From the NCBI GenBank assembly GCA_032128375.1, contig JAQBGU010000096.1, positions 1-64,000 on the forward strand: a stretch of DNA of 64,000 nucleotides. Reading direction: 5' to 3'. The notes under the pieces were generated by a model, which did no database searches, was not told the origin of the DNA, and saw only the letters and a program-made list of their open reading frames with translations. The translations under genes and the position numbers were made by a program. How positions within the stretch are numbered: position 1 is the first letter of the stretch; each line of letters opens with the position of its first letter. The stretch comes from Deltaproteobacteria bacterium. GTDB lineage: Bacteria > Myxococcota_A > UBA9160 > SMWR01. Shown piece by piece: positions 37,994-47,943 of this stretch.

Positions 37994-40186
37994 ATGACGC
38001 TCAGTGAGAGCAATGGCGCCTCCCCCGCGACGACTAAAGCCGAGGCGAACGCGTTGAACCGCCCGAACCACCAGCCACGTACGAGCTGGGAACGCTGTTT
38101 CGGTCATCCGATTGCAGCTCCCCTACTGTGGGGTCTCATAGCCGGGGTCTTTGGTGCATTTACGGCGAGACTCGACCCCAATGTGCTCGAAGAGGGCATC
38201 ATTTTACACACCGCCCAGCGTATGCTTGCGGGAGAGCATCTCTACCGAGACATCATCGTCCACACCGCGCCGCTTCCCTATGAGTTGCTCGCTGCCTGTT
38301 TCCGGCTGTTCGGAGCCGAGCTTTGGGTCGCCCGGGCATTGTTGGTTTGCTTTCAGATGCTGGGGGTTTCGGCGTTGTTCGCGCTGGTGCGCCGGAGTGG
38401 GACGAGCGAACTCGCGCACTGCGCGGCGGCGATCGTCGCGACCGCGCCGGTCTTCCTGTTCCCACAGATATCGAATTACTACTACACGACGATTGCGTTC
38501 TACCTGGCCCTCGCAGCCTCCTACATGGGAGCGCGGGCCGTGGAGTCGCAGCGATGGGCTGTGTGCGCAGGTGCGATGCTCTCTGTCATCGCGCTGTGCA
38601 AGCAGACAACCGGTGTGGTCTTCGCCGTTCCATTTGTCATCGCACTTTTCGTGCTGACCGCGCCGAGTCAACGGCCGCGCCGGGCGTTGGCGGTGGTTGG
38701 TGGCGGCGCGTTGCTCGCGGCCGCCACGCTCGGAGCCTATGCACTTCGCGGCGATCTGGCGGATTTGATATTCGGAATCGTCGAACTCCCGCTCTCCATG
38801 GGAAGCAGCTACCGCGCGCCCTATTTGAATATCTGGCCGCTCGGCGAGTTGGCACAGGATGTCAGCGAGAACTGGGTGATGTATGTGCCGGGCCTCTACT
38901 ACCTGAAGCATGGGCTGTTCGCGACGCTCGGCCAGCCCATCATCGTGACGACCCAATTTCTGTACGCGCTGCCGTTTTGTGCGGTAGCGGCAACCCTGCT
39001 GCGCGCCTGGCGGGGCGGGCTGACGACTGCCGGATGGCTGCACGGCGCGGTTCTGCTCGCGATGACGTCGAACGTATTTCCTCGGTCGTCGTGGGGACAT
39101 CTCGTCGTTGCGCTACCGCCGTCGTTGGTGCAGTTGGCGCTTCTGTTTCGACGCGCCGACACGAACGACAACACGCCGCCGTGGGCGCGCGCGGTCGCTG
39201 TCTCGATCGCGATCGGTTGCGTGGCGGCAGCCGCAGCAACCGCCAGTTGGATCGAGAGCCAGGCGGGGCCCGCCAGCTTCGGCCCTCGGGTACCACTGCG
39301 CCCAGTCTCTCGCGCCTACAGAGAACCCGGGATCCCTCGCGTAATCCAATACCTGGGCAACCGCACACGCCCAGGCGACAGCATCTTCGTCACCCGCCAG
39401 GAGCCACTGATCTACTTCGCCACGCAGACTCGGAATCCGACGCCATTCGGCGGCGTCCTTCCCGGGCTGCGGTCCCTTCAAGAACCACGGATTCTCGCCG
39501 CGCTCGAGAACACTCGATTCGTTGTAATGAGCGACATCGACCAGCCCCTCTACACCTACTACGACAAAGAACTCCCAGCCGTCCAGCAATACCTGGAACG
39601 GCACTACTCGGTGCCGGCCGACTTCGTGCTCGACGACTACAGCTGGATCGTCGTCGTCGCGCGTGGACCCGACCGAGGCGAAACCTTGATCGATCTGGTC
39701 GACGAACGCGATCGAGGCCAAAATTGGGTTCGCGATAGCGATGGGCGAACCCGTCCTGCAGTGGGAACGCCCCAGCACCTCGCCGCGCGGCAGCTCAACC
39801 GTCCGCTGCCGGTCGCGCTCGGCGCAACCGGCGGTGGACTCGATTTCGAAATCGATATCCCGGCCAACGCGGTGTTCCAGGCCGGTGTTGGATACCGCGG
39901 ACTGGTGTCGATCGACCACCAGTACATTCACCCAAACGGGATCACACTGTCTGTGTCGGTGGATTCCGGCCAGGGCTTCGAGCAGGTCGAGTCGCTGCGG
40001 ATCAACGACAGCGTTCGCGCCGGGCGGCGCTGGGTTCCCTTCGAAGCCGATCTCGGCGCCTACGCGGACCAGCGCGTGACACTGCGACTCGAAGCACGTA
40101 TGGACGAGCGGGCCGACGGCTCGCGCGGCTCCGGCCAGATGACCTGGTGGGGAAGCCCTCGGGTTGCGCGAAAGCCGCTGGACTGA
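37994..40186 (+). CDS. GT-C fold membrane protein with C-terminal periplasmic beta-sandwich domain
   Basis: LEEG...LYRD first loop, CKQ motif, about 11 TM segments, C-terminal W..FEADL.AY....V.LRL module. Confidence 0.7.
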   Translation: MTLSESNGASPATTKAEANALNRPNHQPRTSWERCFGHPIAAPLLWGLIAGVFGAFTARLDPNVLEEGIILHTAQRMLAGEHLYRDIIVHTAPLPYELLAACFRLFGAELWVARALLVCFQMLGVSALFALVRRSGTSELAHCAAAIVATAPVFLFPQISNYYYTTIAFYLALAASYMGARAVESQRWAVCAGAMLSVIALCKQTTGVVFAVPFVIALFVLTAPSQRPRRALAVVGGGALLAAATLGAYALRGDLADLIFGIVELPLSMGSSYRAPYLNIWPLGELAQDVSENWVMYVPGLYYLKHGLFATLGQPIIVTTQFLYALPFCAVAATLLRAWRGGLTTAGWLHGAVLLAMTSNVFPRSSWGHLVVALPPSLVQLALLFRRADTNDNTPPWARAVAVSIAIGCVAAAAATASWIESQAGPASFGPRVPLRPVSRAYREPGIPRVIQYLGNRTRPGDSIFVTRQEPLIYFATQTRNPTPFGGVLPGLRSLQEPRILAALENTRFVVMSDIDQPLYTYYDKELPAVQQYLERHYSVPADFVLDDYSWIVVVARGPDRGETLIDLVDERDRGQNWVRDSDGRTRPAVGTPQHLAARQLNRPLPVALGATGGGLDFEIDIPANAVFQAGVGYRGLVSIDHQYIHPNGITLSVSVDSGQGFEQVESLRINDSVRAGRRWVPFEADLGAYADQRVTLRLEARMDERADGSRGSGQMTWWGSPRVARKPLD

Positions 40187-40195
40187 GTCCAACGC

Positions 40196-41080
40196 GTGCG
40201 CGACCCTTGCGAGACCTTGAACGCTCGATACATCATCACTGCGATCCTTGCGACAGCATTCGGTGTAATCTCCGGCCTATATGCAGCGGGCTTTCGTCCC
40301 GGCGCTCGGACCGTGTTACCCGCTGCACCGCCTGCGCGCAGTACCGACGTCCAAGCCGCGCAGGCGCCGAGCCCACACCTCGAGGCCGTCGAGACGCCCG
40401 AACTCACCGCCATCCGAAACGAGCTGGCATTCGAGCGCGACGCACGCTTCGCGATCGCCGAAGAACTCGACCAGATCTGGGCCGAGCTGGCCAAGTTGTC
40501 AGCCCCGGACGGCGGCGGCGCAGCCCCACAGCCCGCCGGCCGTACCCAGCTGCCCCCGAATCAAACGGCGCAACCGGACACCAAGAAGTGGTTCGACACT
40601 GCGTCCTTGCTCGAAGCGGGGGTTCCCGAGCACGATATCGAGCGGCTGCGAGAACGTTACGAAGCCGAACAGCTCGACGAGCTCTACCTGCACGATCTCG
40701 CCACCCGAGAGGGCTGGGTGGGAAGTCCGCGATATCGCAAAGAACTGTTTCGTCTCAATCAAGATCTGCGCACCGAACTGGGCGACAATGACTACGACCG
40801 CGTGACATACGCGTCGGGGAAACGAAACCGGGTCGCGGTCGACGACGTGCTGCAGAACTCTCCCGGGGCGGCAATCGGCCTTCGCAAGGGAGATGTCATC
40901 GTCCGTTACGACGGGCAGTTGATCCTGTCACCCCAAGAATTGCGCAGTGCAACCGCTCGTGGATCCGCCGATCAGACAACCTCGATCGATGTGCTGCGAA
41001 ACACCGAGACGCTGCGTTTCTATGTGCCGCGTGGCCCGCTCGGAGTACGCATCGGGCAAACCCGGCGGCCACCCGAATAA
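40196..41080 (+). CDS. Membrane-anchored PDZ domain protein
   Basis: N-terminal hydrophobic helix, helical middle region, PDZ motif VLQNSPGAAIGLRKGDVIVRYDG, GPLGV. Start uncertain. Confidence 0.7.
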   Translation: MRDPCETLNARYIITAILATAFGVISGLYAAGFRPGARTVLPAAPPARSTDVQAAQAPSPHLEAVETPELTAIRNELAFERDARFAIAEELDQIWAELAKLSAPDGGGAAPQPAGRTQLPPNQTAQPDTKKWFDTASLLEAGVPEHDIERLRERYEAEQLDELYLHDLATREGWVGSPRYRKELFRLNQDLRTELGDNDYDRVTYASGKRNRVAVDDVLQNSPGAAIGLRKGDVIVRYDGQLILSPQELRSATARGSADQTTSIDVLRNTETLRFYVPRGPLGVRIGQTRRPPE

Positions 41081-41206
41081 CCCCTGAACCATCCAATGGC
41101 ATGCCACAGGAACAGGCCCATGACGTGTATTCGACTTTCAGACGATGGTGATAAACCCTTGAAAACAGTAGACTATTTCTGATTCGCAGCAAGCCCGAAC
41201 GGCTGC

Positions 41207-41290
41207 TCCAGAGAGCTGATTCCAGACACTTCAATCCAGACACTTGAATCCAGACGCTTGAATCCAGACACTTGAATCCAGACACTAGAG
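41207..41290. repeat. Tandem repeat, 6 x 14 bp, consensus TCCAGACACTTGAA
   Basis: Units start at 41207, 41221, 41235, 41249, 41263 and 41277; inner four differ from consensus by 0-1 nt, outer two are degenerate. Confidence 0.92.
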
Positions 41291-41307
41291 AGACGGAAAC
41301 CTTCGCA

Positions 41308-42024
41308 TTGAGTCGCTGCATTGTCGTCATCCCGACCTACAACGAATGCGAAAATCTCCCGCTACTCGTTCCGGAGGTCCTGCGTCAGGACCCGCGCATC
41401 GAGGTTCTCGTGGTCGACGACAACTCACCCGACGGAACGGGCGACGTGGCGCAAAAGCTGGCGGATGTCGAATCGCGCGTCCATGTATTGCATCGACCGA
41501 AGAAACAAGGCCTCGGTCCCGCGTATCGGGCCGGATTCACCGAGGCATTGAAGCTCGGGGCAGACTGGGTGGTTCAAATGGATGCGGACTTTTCCCATCC
41601 ACCGGACGTACTCGCAACAATGCTCGACGAAATCCGAGATGCGGACGTCGTACTCGGCTCGCGATATCTCAACGGCATCACCGTCGTGAATTGGCCCATC
41701 GAACGAATTCTGATCAGCTACTTCGGAAACTGGTACGTGAAAAAAATCACCGGCCTGTGCATCAGTGATACGACCGGCGGGTTTCGCTGCATGCGCAGTT
41801 CGTGGTTGGATCGGGTCGGTTTCGAGCGGATCCGCTCCGATGGATACGCGTTCCAGATCGAACTCAACTATCGATTCGTCAAGTTCGGGGCGCGGGTCAA
41901 GGAGATCCCTTTCTTCTTCCTGGACCGAACCCGCGGAACTTCGAAATTGACGGTTCGAATCGGCCTGGAGGCATTGTGGGTCGCTTGGTGGCTTCGCATC
42001 AACGACCTATTGGGCCGCCTCTGA
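41308..42024 (+). CDS. Polyprenol monophosphomannose synthase-like GT2 (DPM1/Ppm1 family)
   Basis: IPTYNE, VVDDNSPDGTG, GLGPAY, QMDADFSH, GSRY, D.TGGF, GYAFQIE, DRTRGTSK. Confidence 0.9.
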   Translation: MSRCIVVIPTYNECENLPLLVPEVLRQDPRIEVLVVDDNSPDGTGDVAQKLADVESRVHVLHRPKKQGLGPAYRAGFTEALKLGADWVVQMDADFSHPPDVLATMLDEIRDADVVLGSRYLNGITVVNWPIERILISYFGNWYVKKITGLCISDTTGGFRCMRSSWLDRVGFERIRSDGYAFQIELNYRFVKFGARVKEIPFFFLDRTRGTSKLTVRIGLEALWVAWWLRINDLLGRL

Positions 42025-42038
42025 GAGGGCTCGAAGCG

Positions 42039-43163
42039 ATGCGTCGCCTGCCGCGCGTTCTTGTGCTCAACGAACGCGATCTCTCGCACCCCAAAGCAGG
42101 GGGAGCCGAGATCCATGTCACAGAGGTGTTCAAGCGGCTCACCGAGCGAGGCTTTCCCGTGACGCTGGCTTCCAGTTCCTATCCCGGTTGCGCCGACCAC
42201 GATGAAATCGCCGGGATGGCTGTCGTGCGACTGGGAGGGATCCCATTCTACTACCTTCGCGCTGCCGCGTACTGTGCGCGCGAAACGCGACGCGGTAGCT
42301 ACGACATCGTCGTGGAGTGCTTGAACAAGCTGCCATTCTTGGCCCCAGCCTATTCGGCGGTCCCAGTCGTCGCGCTGTGTCACCACCTTTTTGGCGTCAC
42401 GGCCTTTCAGCAGCAGAGCTGGCCCATCGCGGCGGCTGTGTGGTCCATCGAACGGCTCATTCCATCTCTATACCGACGCGCACCCTTTGTCAGCATCTCT
42501 GAAAGCACACGCGACGACCTGATCGGACGCGGTGTCGCCGCGGACCAGGTACGGGTGAGCCATTGCGGGATCGCCCGCCCGCGCTTTGACCCACGGCCCA
42601 TTTCGCAGCGCGGCCAGAGCATCGTATACGTGGGCCGTCTCGAACCCTACAAGCGTGTCGACGTAATGATCGCCGCCGCGGGTCAGTTGCGGCAGCGCTT
42701 TGGCGATCTCGAGTTGATCGTGATTGGCCGCGGTTCGGATCAACCCCGGCTCGAACGGATTGCCGCAGAACACGGAGTGGCCGATCGGATCCGCTTCGTG
42801 GGATTCGTGGACGACGCCGAACGCGACCGGCTGCTCGGAACCGCGCGGGTATGCGTGTGTCCATCGATGAAAGAGGGCTGGGGTCTGACCGTGATCGAGT
42901 CGAACGCGCTTGGAACCCCGGTTGTTGCGACAGATGCTCCGGGTCTGCGCGATTCTGTCATCGACGGAAAGACCGGCTATCTGGTCGCCGAGGGCGACGT
43001 GGCTGCATTCGCATACCGAATCGGCGCGATCCTCTCCAATGACCGTCTGGCCGATGAGATGTCGCAAGCGGCGCTCAACTGGTCAGGTCAATTCGATTGG
43101 GATCGAGCAGCCGATGAGATGGCTGACTCGTTACTCAGCGCCTCCGCCGCAGCCGCCGGATGA
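42039..43163 (+). CDS. Glycosyltransferase family 4 (GT-B)
   Basis: HPKAGGAE, YVGRLEPYKRVD, EGWGLTVIE, GTPVVATD.PGL. Confidence 0.9.
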   Translation: MRRLPRVLVLNERDLSHPKAGGAEIHVTEVFKRLTERGFPVTLASSSYPGCADHDEIAGMAVVRLGGIPFYYLRAAAYCARETRRGSYDIVVECLNKLPFLAPAYSAVPVVALCHHLFGVTAFQQQSWPIAAAVWSIERLIPSLYRRAPFVSISESTRDDLIGRGVAADQVRVSHCGIARPRFDPRPISQRGQSIVYVGRLEPYKRVDVMIAAAGQLRQRFGDLELIVIGRGSDQPRLERIAAEHGVADRIRFVGFVDDAERDRLLGTARVCVCPSMKEGWGLTVIESNALGTPVVATDAPGLRDSVIDGKTGYLVAEGDVAAFAYRIGAILSNDRLADEMSQAALNWSGQFDWDRAADEMADSLLSASAAAAG

Positions 43164-43239
43164 TCGCGCCGGAGCCGCTCCACCGCGCGAACCGCGATCT
43201 CGGGTACTCTGAAACACCGGATTGAGGGAGCGGGAGTCG

Positions 43240-44181
43240 ATGAGCGCGATGAGCGCAAAGCAGTGGCTGCAGCGCGGTGTACCGATCGTGATCAGCGGCG
43301 GGTCGATCTTCTGGCTGCTCGGGTCGATCGATTCCGAGGCCTTGATCGGGGCTCTGAACTGGCGCATCGCAGCGGTACTCGTCCCATCTCTGTTGGCCTA
43401 TGGTGCGCTGTCATTGGCGATCGAAGCCGCTTCAATATTGACGCTGGTCGATCCTCGCCCGCCCGGCTTCGGACTCTGGGTCGCTGCTCGGATCAAATCT
43501 GCCAGCTACCTGGTCGGGATCGTGAACTACGCACTCGGCGGGGTCGCGCTGACGGTGCTATTGCGCAAGCGCGCAGCAACCGGAACGGGAGAATCGGCGA
43601 GCATCGTGTTGCTCATCGCGGTGATCGACATCATCGTCGTGCTCAGTTTTGCGAGTCTGAGTGGCGTGGATGCTGGCGACGACGCCCCCGCGATTCGCGC
43701 CGGGATCGTTGCGCTGGCGGTGTCGGGTTTCTTCGTTGGAATGACGCTGCTTCGAGCGCCAGGATCGCTCGGTCCGTTGGAACGCATCCGCACACTCGCG
43801 GTATTCGACGCGCTGCGCACGACTCCGTTGCGCCGAATCGGCCAGGTCGCAGCCCTGCGTTCTTTGTTTTCCGTGTTGTTCATCTCGCTGGCGCGTAGCG
43901 TGTTTTTCGCGTTCGAAATAGACATCGGAGCCGCGCAGTTGATATTTGGCATGATGGTGATTGCCGTGGTCGGTGCGCTTCCGATCGCGGTCGCGGGGCT
44001 CGGAACCGGCCAGGTGACCGCTCTGTATGTCTTTCGCGACGTCGCCCCGCCGGCCGAGCTATTGGCGCTGAGTCTGGTGTTGTCGGCCGGGTTGATCTTG
44101 CTGCGCGCGTCGATGGGCCTATTTTTTGCGCGCGAGTACACACGTGAAGTGATCGAAGAATCGCGGAGTGCCCCCACGTGA
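43240..44181 (+). CDS. UPF0104 / lysylphosphatidylglycerol-synthase TM domain protein (putative flippase)
   Basis: About 8 TM segments, LPIAVAGLG motif near the C-terminus, located in a GT2/GT4 operon. Confidence 0.65.
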   Translation: MSAMSAKQWLQRGVPIVISGGSIFWLLGSIDSEALIGALNWRIAAVLVPSLLAYGALSLAIEAASILTLVDPRPPGFGLWVAARIKSASYLVGIVNYALGGVALTVLLRKRAATGTGESASIVLLIAVIDIIVVLSFASLSGVDAGDDAPAIRAGIVALAVSGFFVGMTLLRAPGSLGPLERIRTLAVFDALRTTPLRRIGQVAALRSLFSVLFISLARSVFFAFEIDIGAAQLIFGMMVIAVVGALPIAVAGLGTGQVTALYVFRDVAPPAELLALSLVLSAGLILLRASMGLFFAREYTREVIEESRSAPT

Positions 44182-44951
44182 GCGATCTGACCTTCACGGG
44201 TGAACGACTTCACGCCGGTAACAAGTTGTTTTCGGTCGACCTGGCGCGGCACGATGCCGCCTACCAGATTGCGTTGGCGCACGCCGGTTCGGATGCAAAG
44301 GTAATCGAGTTGGGAAGCGGGGCGGGCTACGGAGCCGCGACGCTGGCCGATCACGCGCTCGACATCGTGGCGATCGATCGTGTCGCGCCGGATTCCGCCA
44401 GCCGGCAGAGCCGTTGCCGGTTCGTGCGCGGAGACCTGAACAGCATCCCGCTGGTCCGCCGCAGCTTCGACCTCGTCGTGAGTTTTCAGGTTATCGAGCA
44501 TCTGGATGACCCGACGCATTACGTCGACGCAATCGCCGACCTGGTCCTGCCCGATGGCACTGCGCTGGTTACCACGCCGAACCTGCTGATGTCCGATGGC
44601 GTGAACCCCTACCACGTGCACGAATACCGGGCCGAAGAATTGGCGGATTGCTTGCGAAGGCGCTTCGAGCAGGTCGAAGTCCAAGGCATCAGCGCGTCGG
44701 AAGAGGTCAAGACCTACATGCGCGAACGGTCCGCGCGCATCGCGCGGATCATGAAGCTCGACCCGCTCGGGCTCCACAAGCGCCTGCCGCGAAGCTGGAT
44801 CGAATGGTTGTTCGCAACCTTTGCGATCTTCGTGCGCCGCCAGACGCAGCGCGATTCGGGCGCACCCCAGGTGACCTGGCGCGACTTCCCAGCCGGTCCG
44901 GCCGACGACGACTGCCTGGACTTGCTCGCGATCTGTCGCCGGCCGCGATGA
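44178..44951 (+). CDS. Class I SAM-dependent methyltransferase
   Basis: FTGER, ELGSGAGYG, FDLVVSFQVIEH, TTPN, NPYHVHEY. Confidence 0.88.
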   Translation: MSDLTFTGERLHAGNKLFSVDLARHDAAYQIALAHAGSDAKVIELGSGAGYGAATLADHALDIVAIDRVAPDSASRQSRCRFVRGDLNSIPLVRRSFDLVVSFQVIEHLDDPTHYVDAIADLVLPDGTALVTTPNLLMSDGVNPYHVHEYRAEELADCLRRRFEQVEVQGISASEEVKTYMRERSARIARIMKLDPLGLHKRLPRSWIEWLFATFAIFVRRQTQRDSGAPQVTWRDFPAGPADDDCLDLLAICRRPR

Positions 44952-45928
44952 TCGCGAAGCAGCGCTTCGTCGAAATCGACGCGCTGAAGACCGTCGGAAT
45001 TGCGACTGTCGTGCTGATCCACTGCGTTCGAACACCCTGGGATGCGCTGATCTCGCCGGTCGAGATCTGGCTCGGACACCTGACGCGATTCGGCGTTCCC
45101 ACGTTTCTGTTCGCATCCGGCTTTCTGTATGCCACAAGTGAGCGCGTGTCCGTGCGGCTCACGCTGCGCCGCCTCAGGCGGATCGTGGTGCCCTACCTGA
45201 TCGTGTCGCTCGCCGCGCAGGCATGGTGGTCCCTGCTCGATCTACCGACCGAGGTGCGGGACTTCTGGCCCGATCTCGCGTTCGGCGCGTCGATGGGACC
45301 GTTCTACTACGTATTCGTCATTGCCGGGTTGATCGTGGTCACTCCACTGTTCGCGAGGCTCCCGCGCGCGGCGCTGACTGCGCTGACCGTCGCGATGCTC
45401 GCCGCCCAGTGGTACGTCGATGCCGCCATCGGCTTCCATATCCCGCTCTATTGGCACCTGCGCAATCCGCTTCTGTGGTGGGCCTATTTTCTGGTCGGCT
45501 GGCAAGTCCGACTGCATCAGCCAGCCGTCTCGAACTGGCTGGCGCCTCGAACCTGGTTCCCGCCGACAGTGCTGATCGCGGTCGTGGCGCTGGCGGTCCA
45601 GTCCGCGGCGGCCGGTCCGCTGTTGGGCGTTCGCACGGCAGCCTGGTTGAACGTCTACGCGATCCTAGGGCTCGTGTATTCGATCGCGTGTGGGAGAGCG
45701 GATGCTAGCGGCGCTCTGCGTTACCTGAGCGACGCGACGTACGCGATTTTTCTGCTGCACCTGTTCTTCGTGTCGGGTGTGCTGCTGCTGGTGCCCCACC
45801 GGCCATTGTTTGCCGGGTTCGCGCCAATTGCCCTCCCGTGGCTCGCCGGCATGGTTGGTCCGATCATCTTGCTTGCGGCGGCACGGGCATCATTCGGCGA
45901 GCGCAGCAAGGACATCATCGGAGGCTGA
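44948..45928 (+). CDS. Acyltransferase family 3 membrane protein (O-acetylation type)
   Basis: IDALK..I..VVLIH, RFGVPTFLFASGF, RLRRIVVPY, TYAIFLLH; ATGA overlap with the upstream gene. Confidence 0.85.
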   Translation: MIAKQRFVEIDALKTVGIATVVLIHCVRTPWDALISPVEIWLGHLTRFGVPTFLFASGFLYATSERVSVRLTLRRLRRIVVPYLIVSLAAQAWWSLLDLPTEVRDFWPDLAFGASMGPFYYVFVIAGLIVVTPLFARLPRAALTALTVAMLAAQWYVDAAIGFHIPLYWHLRNPLLWWAYFLVGWQVRLHQPAVSNWLAPRTWFPPTVLIAVVALAVQSAAAGPLLGVRTAAWLNVYAILGLVYSIACGRADASGALRYLSDATYAIFLLHLFFVSGVLLLVPHRPLFAGFAPIALPWLAGMVGPIILLAAARASFGERSKDIIGG

Positions 45929-46023
45929 GCGGTGCTCCTGCGGCCGCGCATCTCCGCTCCGTGCCGTCCTTGAATCGTTGAGGCAGCTCTCGGCCAGTCG
46001 CGTTGACTCTCTTTTGTCGGGGC

Positions 46024-47010
46024 TCAGATCGGTTTTCTTGCGACCATGCGTTGATTTGAGGTTTGTTGGCCCAGTTTTGCGCGCAGTGTGTCGAGCAAGA
46101 CGAACAATGCCAGGAGTAGCGGGTTCTGATAGTGAAAAAAGCGTGTGAATGATCGGGGATAGCCGTTGTCCAGGAAGTAGTTATGCAGCGATATCGTCCA
46201 TGCAGAAGTCGATATCAGATAGTCGGTCCGTTCGATCGCGAAACCGCAATCGCCGAGCAGGCGTTGCAGCGCAGAAGTGGAAAACAGGTTCCAGTGCCGC
46301 GGAAAGTGGTAGTGGCCCCACCACGAGGGCTTGAACAAGTGGTAGTCGAGGCCGCCGGTGTTGGGCGTCTCGATGATGAACACGCCACCTGGGCGCAACA
46401 ACGAATAGACGTGCTTCGCGATCGCGGCCGGGTCCTCCACATGTTCGATCAACTGCAGCATGATGATTGCGTCGTAGCGCCGATCGCCGGGATCGAACTC
46501 TTCGACGCGCCCGAGGTGGGTGCGAAAGCCGCGGGCTCTACACTGCTCGGCCGCGGCGGTATCAAAATCGATGCCCTCGAGTTCCCAATCGCTCGAACCG
46601 AACTCATCGAGCAACGCGAGAAATCGGCCGTTCCCACAGCCGATGTCGAGAAGCCGGCGTGAGCCTGGACCGACCCAATCTCGGAAGAGACGCACTTTTC
46701 TGCCTTCCCAGCGTCTCCTCAATCGCGAAACGATTCCCTTCGACTCTTCTGCGTAGGCGTAGTAGTTGCTTGGATAGATCGTCCCGAGATCTTCCGGGCG
46801 GGGTCTCGGGTTCAGATACAGGTGATCGCAGTGTGGGCACCGGACGAACCGGAAACGATTCGCGCAGGTCGCGTACTCGAAATCGATGCCGTCAGCCTCG
46901 AACACCCCGTCGGCCTCACCGCACAGCACACAGTGAGTTTCAATCAGCGATAACGGAGTGTTGGGCGGTGCTTGGGCCGAAGCCGATGAGTCGAGATTCG
47001 ATTGGGACAC
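46024..47010 (-). CDS. Class I SAM-dependent methyltransferase with N-terminal CxxC pairs
   Basis: CVLC...CPHC..YLNPRP, LLDIGCGNG, IEHVEDP, LRPGG, ETPN, PRH; SD GGAGG before GTG 47010. Confidence 0.85.
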   Translation of the reverse strand: MSQSNLDSSASAQAPPNTPLSLIETHCVLCGEADGVFEADGIDFEYATCANRFRFVRCPHCDHLYLNPRPRPEDLGTIYPSNYYAYAEESKGIVSRLRRRWEGRKVRLFRDWVGPGSRRLLDIGCGNGRFLALLDEFGSSDWELEGIDFDTAAAEQCRARGFRTHLGRVEEFDPGDRRYDAIIMLQLIEHVEDPAAIAKHVYSLLRPGGVFIIETPNTGGLDYHLFKPSWWGHYHFPRHWNLFSTSALQRLLGDCGFAIERTDYLISTSAWTISLHNYFLDNGYPRSFTRFFHYQNPLLLALFVLLDTLRAKLGQQTSNQRMVARKPI

Positions 47011-47842
47011 CGTGCTCCTCCAAATACGCCCGCTTCTGGCGAAACACAGCCGCATACCGGTGCCAGGGCGTGTCCGGCCAGAGATGGTGGATCGCATGGT
47101 AGTTGTGGCCGAGAACCAGCGGCGTGAACCAGGCCAGGTCGATGATCCGCGTGCCCCGAAAGCGATTGGGTGGGAGTCCAACGTGTGGCAGGTAGTTGAT
47201 GTACCAGTCCATGAATACCTTGGATATCACCAGCGGTACGAACCACAGCAACACCAGGTCGAGAAACGCACCCCAGTACCACGCGGCCGCGTACAGGCTG
47301 AGGATCGCGAGCGGAGGCAGACTGTCGAGAGTCTTCTCGCCGCGCGTTCGCGGGTCCTTCGACAACCGCTCTCGCGCGAAGCTCAGGATCTTGAAGTAGC
47401 GAAATCCGATCTGCCAGAACGGCCCATCCGTGTAGATCTTGTTTGGGTCGTCCGGCCCGTTGAGCCCCGCGTGATGCTGGAGATGAAACCACTTTTCGAT
47501 GTAGAACGGAGCCATGTATGGAAAGATGCCGAGGAAGCCCACCAGATCGCAGACCCACCCCTTGTCGGAGATGTTCTTGTGAACGGCTTCGTGCCAAGTG
47601 GTGAACGAGAGGTGAATCCCGATCGCACCGATCAAAACGTGGACGAACCACGGAAGCGCAGACGCCTGGTACCAAAAGAAATTGCCGACCATCAGCGCGT
47701 ACATCGATACCACCAGCGCGACGGTCAGGCGATCGGTACTGCGAGAAGACGCCACCGCAAAAACTCCCGGACTCCGATTGACCACAAGCCGGCGCGAGTG
47801 GGCGCCGATTGGGCGAGCTGCCTCGACCGGCTCGGCCCGCAA
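46940..47842 (-). CDS. Membrane fatty-acid desaturase / carotenoid-hydroxylase superfamily protein
   Basis: Three His boxes HEAVH, HLQHH and HNYHAIHH, plus YLPH. True start is probably a downstream GTG. Confidence 0.82.
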   Translation of the reverse strand: MRAEPVEAARPIGAHSRRLVVNRSPGVFAVASSRSTDRLTVALVVSMYALMVGNFFWYQASALPWFVHVLIGAIGIHLSFTTWHEAVHKNISDKGWVCDLVGFLGIFPYMAPFYIEKWFHLQHHAGLNGPDDPNKIYTDGPFWQIGFRYFKILSFARERLSKDPRTRGEKTLDSLPPLAILSLYAAAWYWGAFLDLVLLWFVPLVISKVFMDWYINYLPHVGLPPNRFRGTRIIDLAWFTPLVLGHNYHAIHHLWPDTPWHRYAAVFRQKRAYLEEHGVPIESRLIGFGPSTAQHSVIAD

Positions 47843-47943
47843 CGCATGGCGGGTCCGGTCGTAGAGAGAATATCTAACCGTTTTCGATAACTTACGTCAA
47901 TCGGGCGTCAATCAGGCACGCCCTCCCCCGTACAGCGAGCCAG

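Noticed and set aside
41097..41110. TGGCATGCCA palindrome as a sigma54 promoter
   Set aside because: No GC at the -12 position with GG-N10-GC spacing on either strand.
41207..41290. Possible CRISPR array or iteron set
   Set aside because: Units are contiguous 14-mers without spacers, and no cas or rep gene is in the window.
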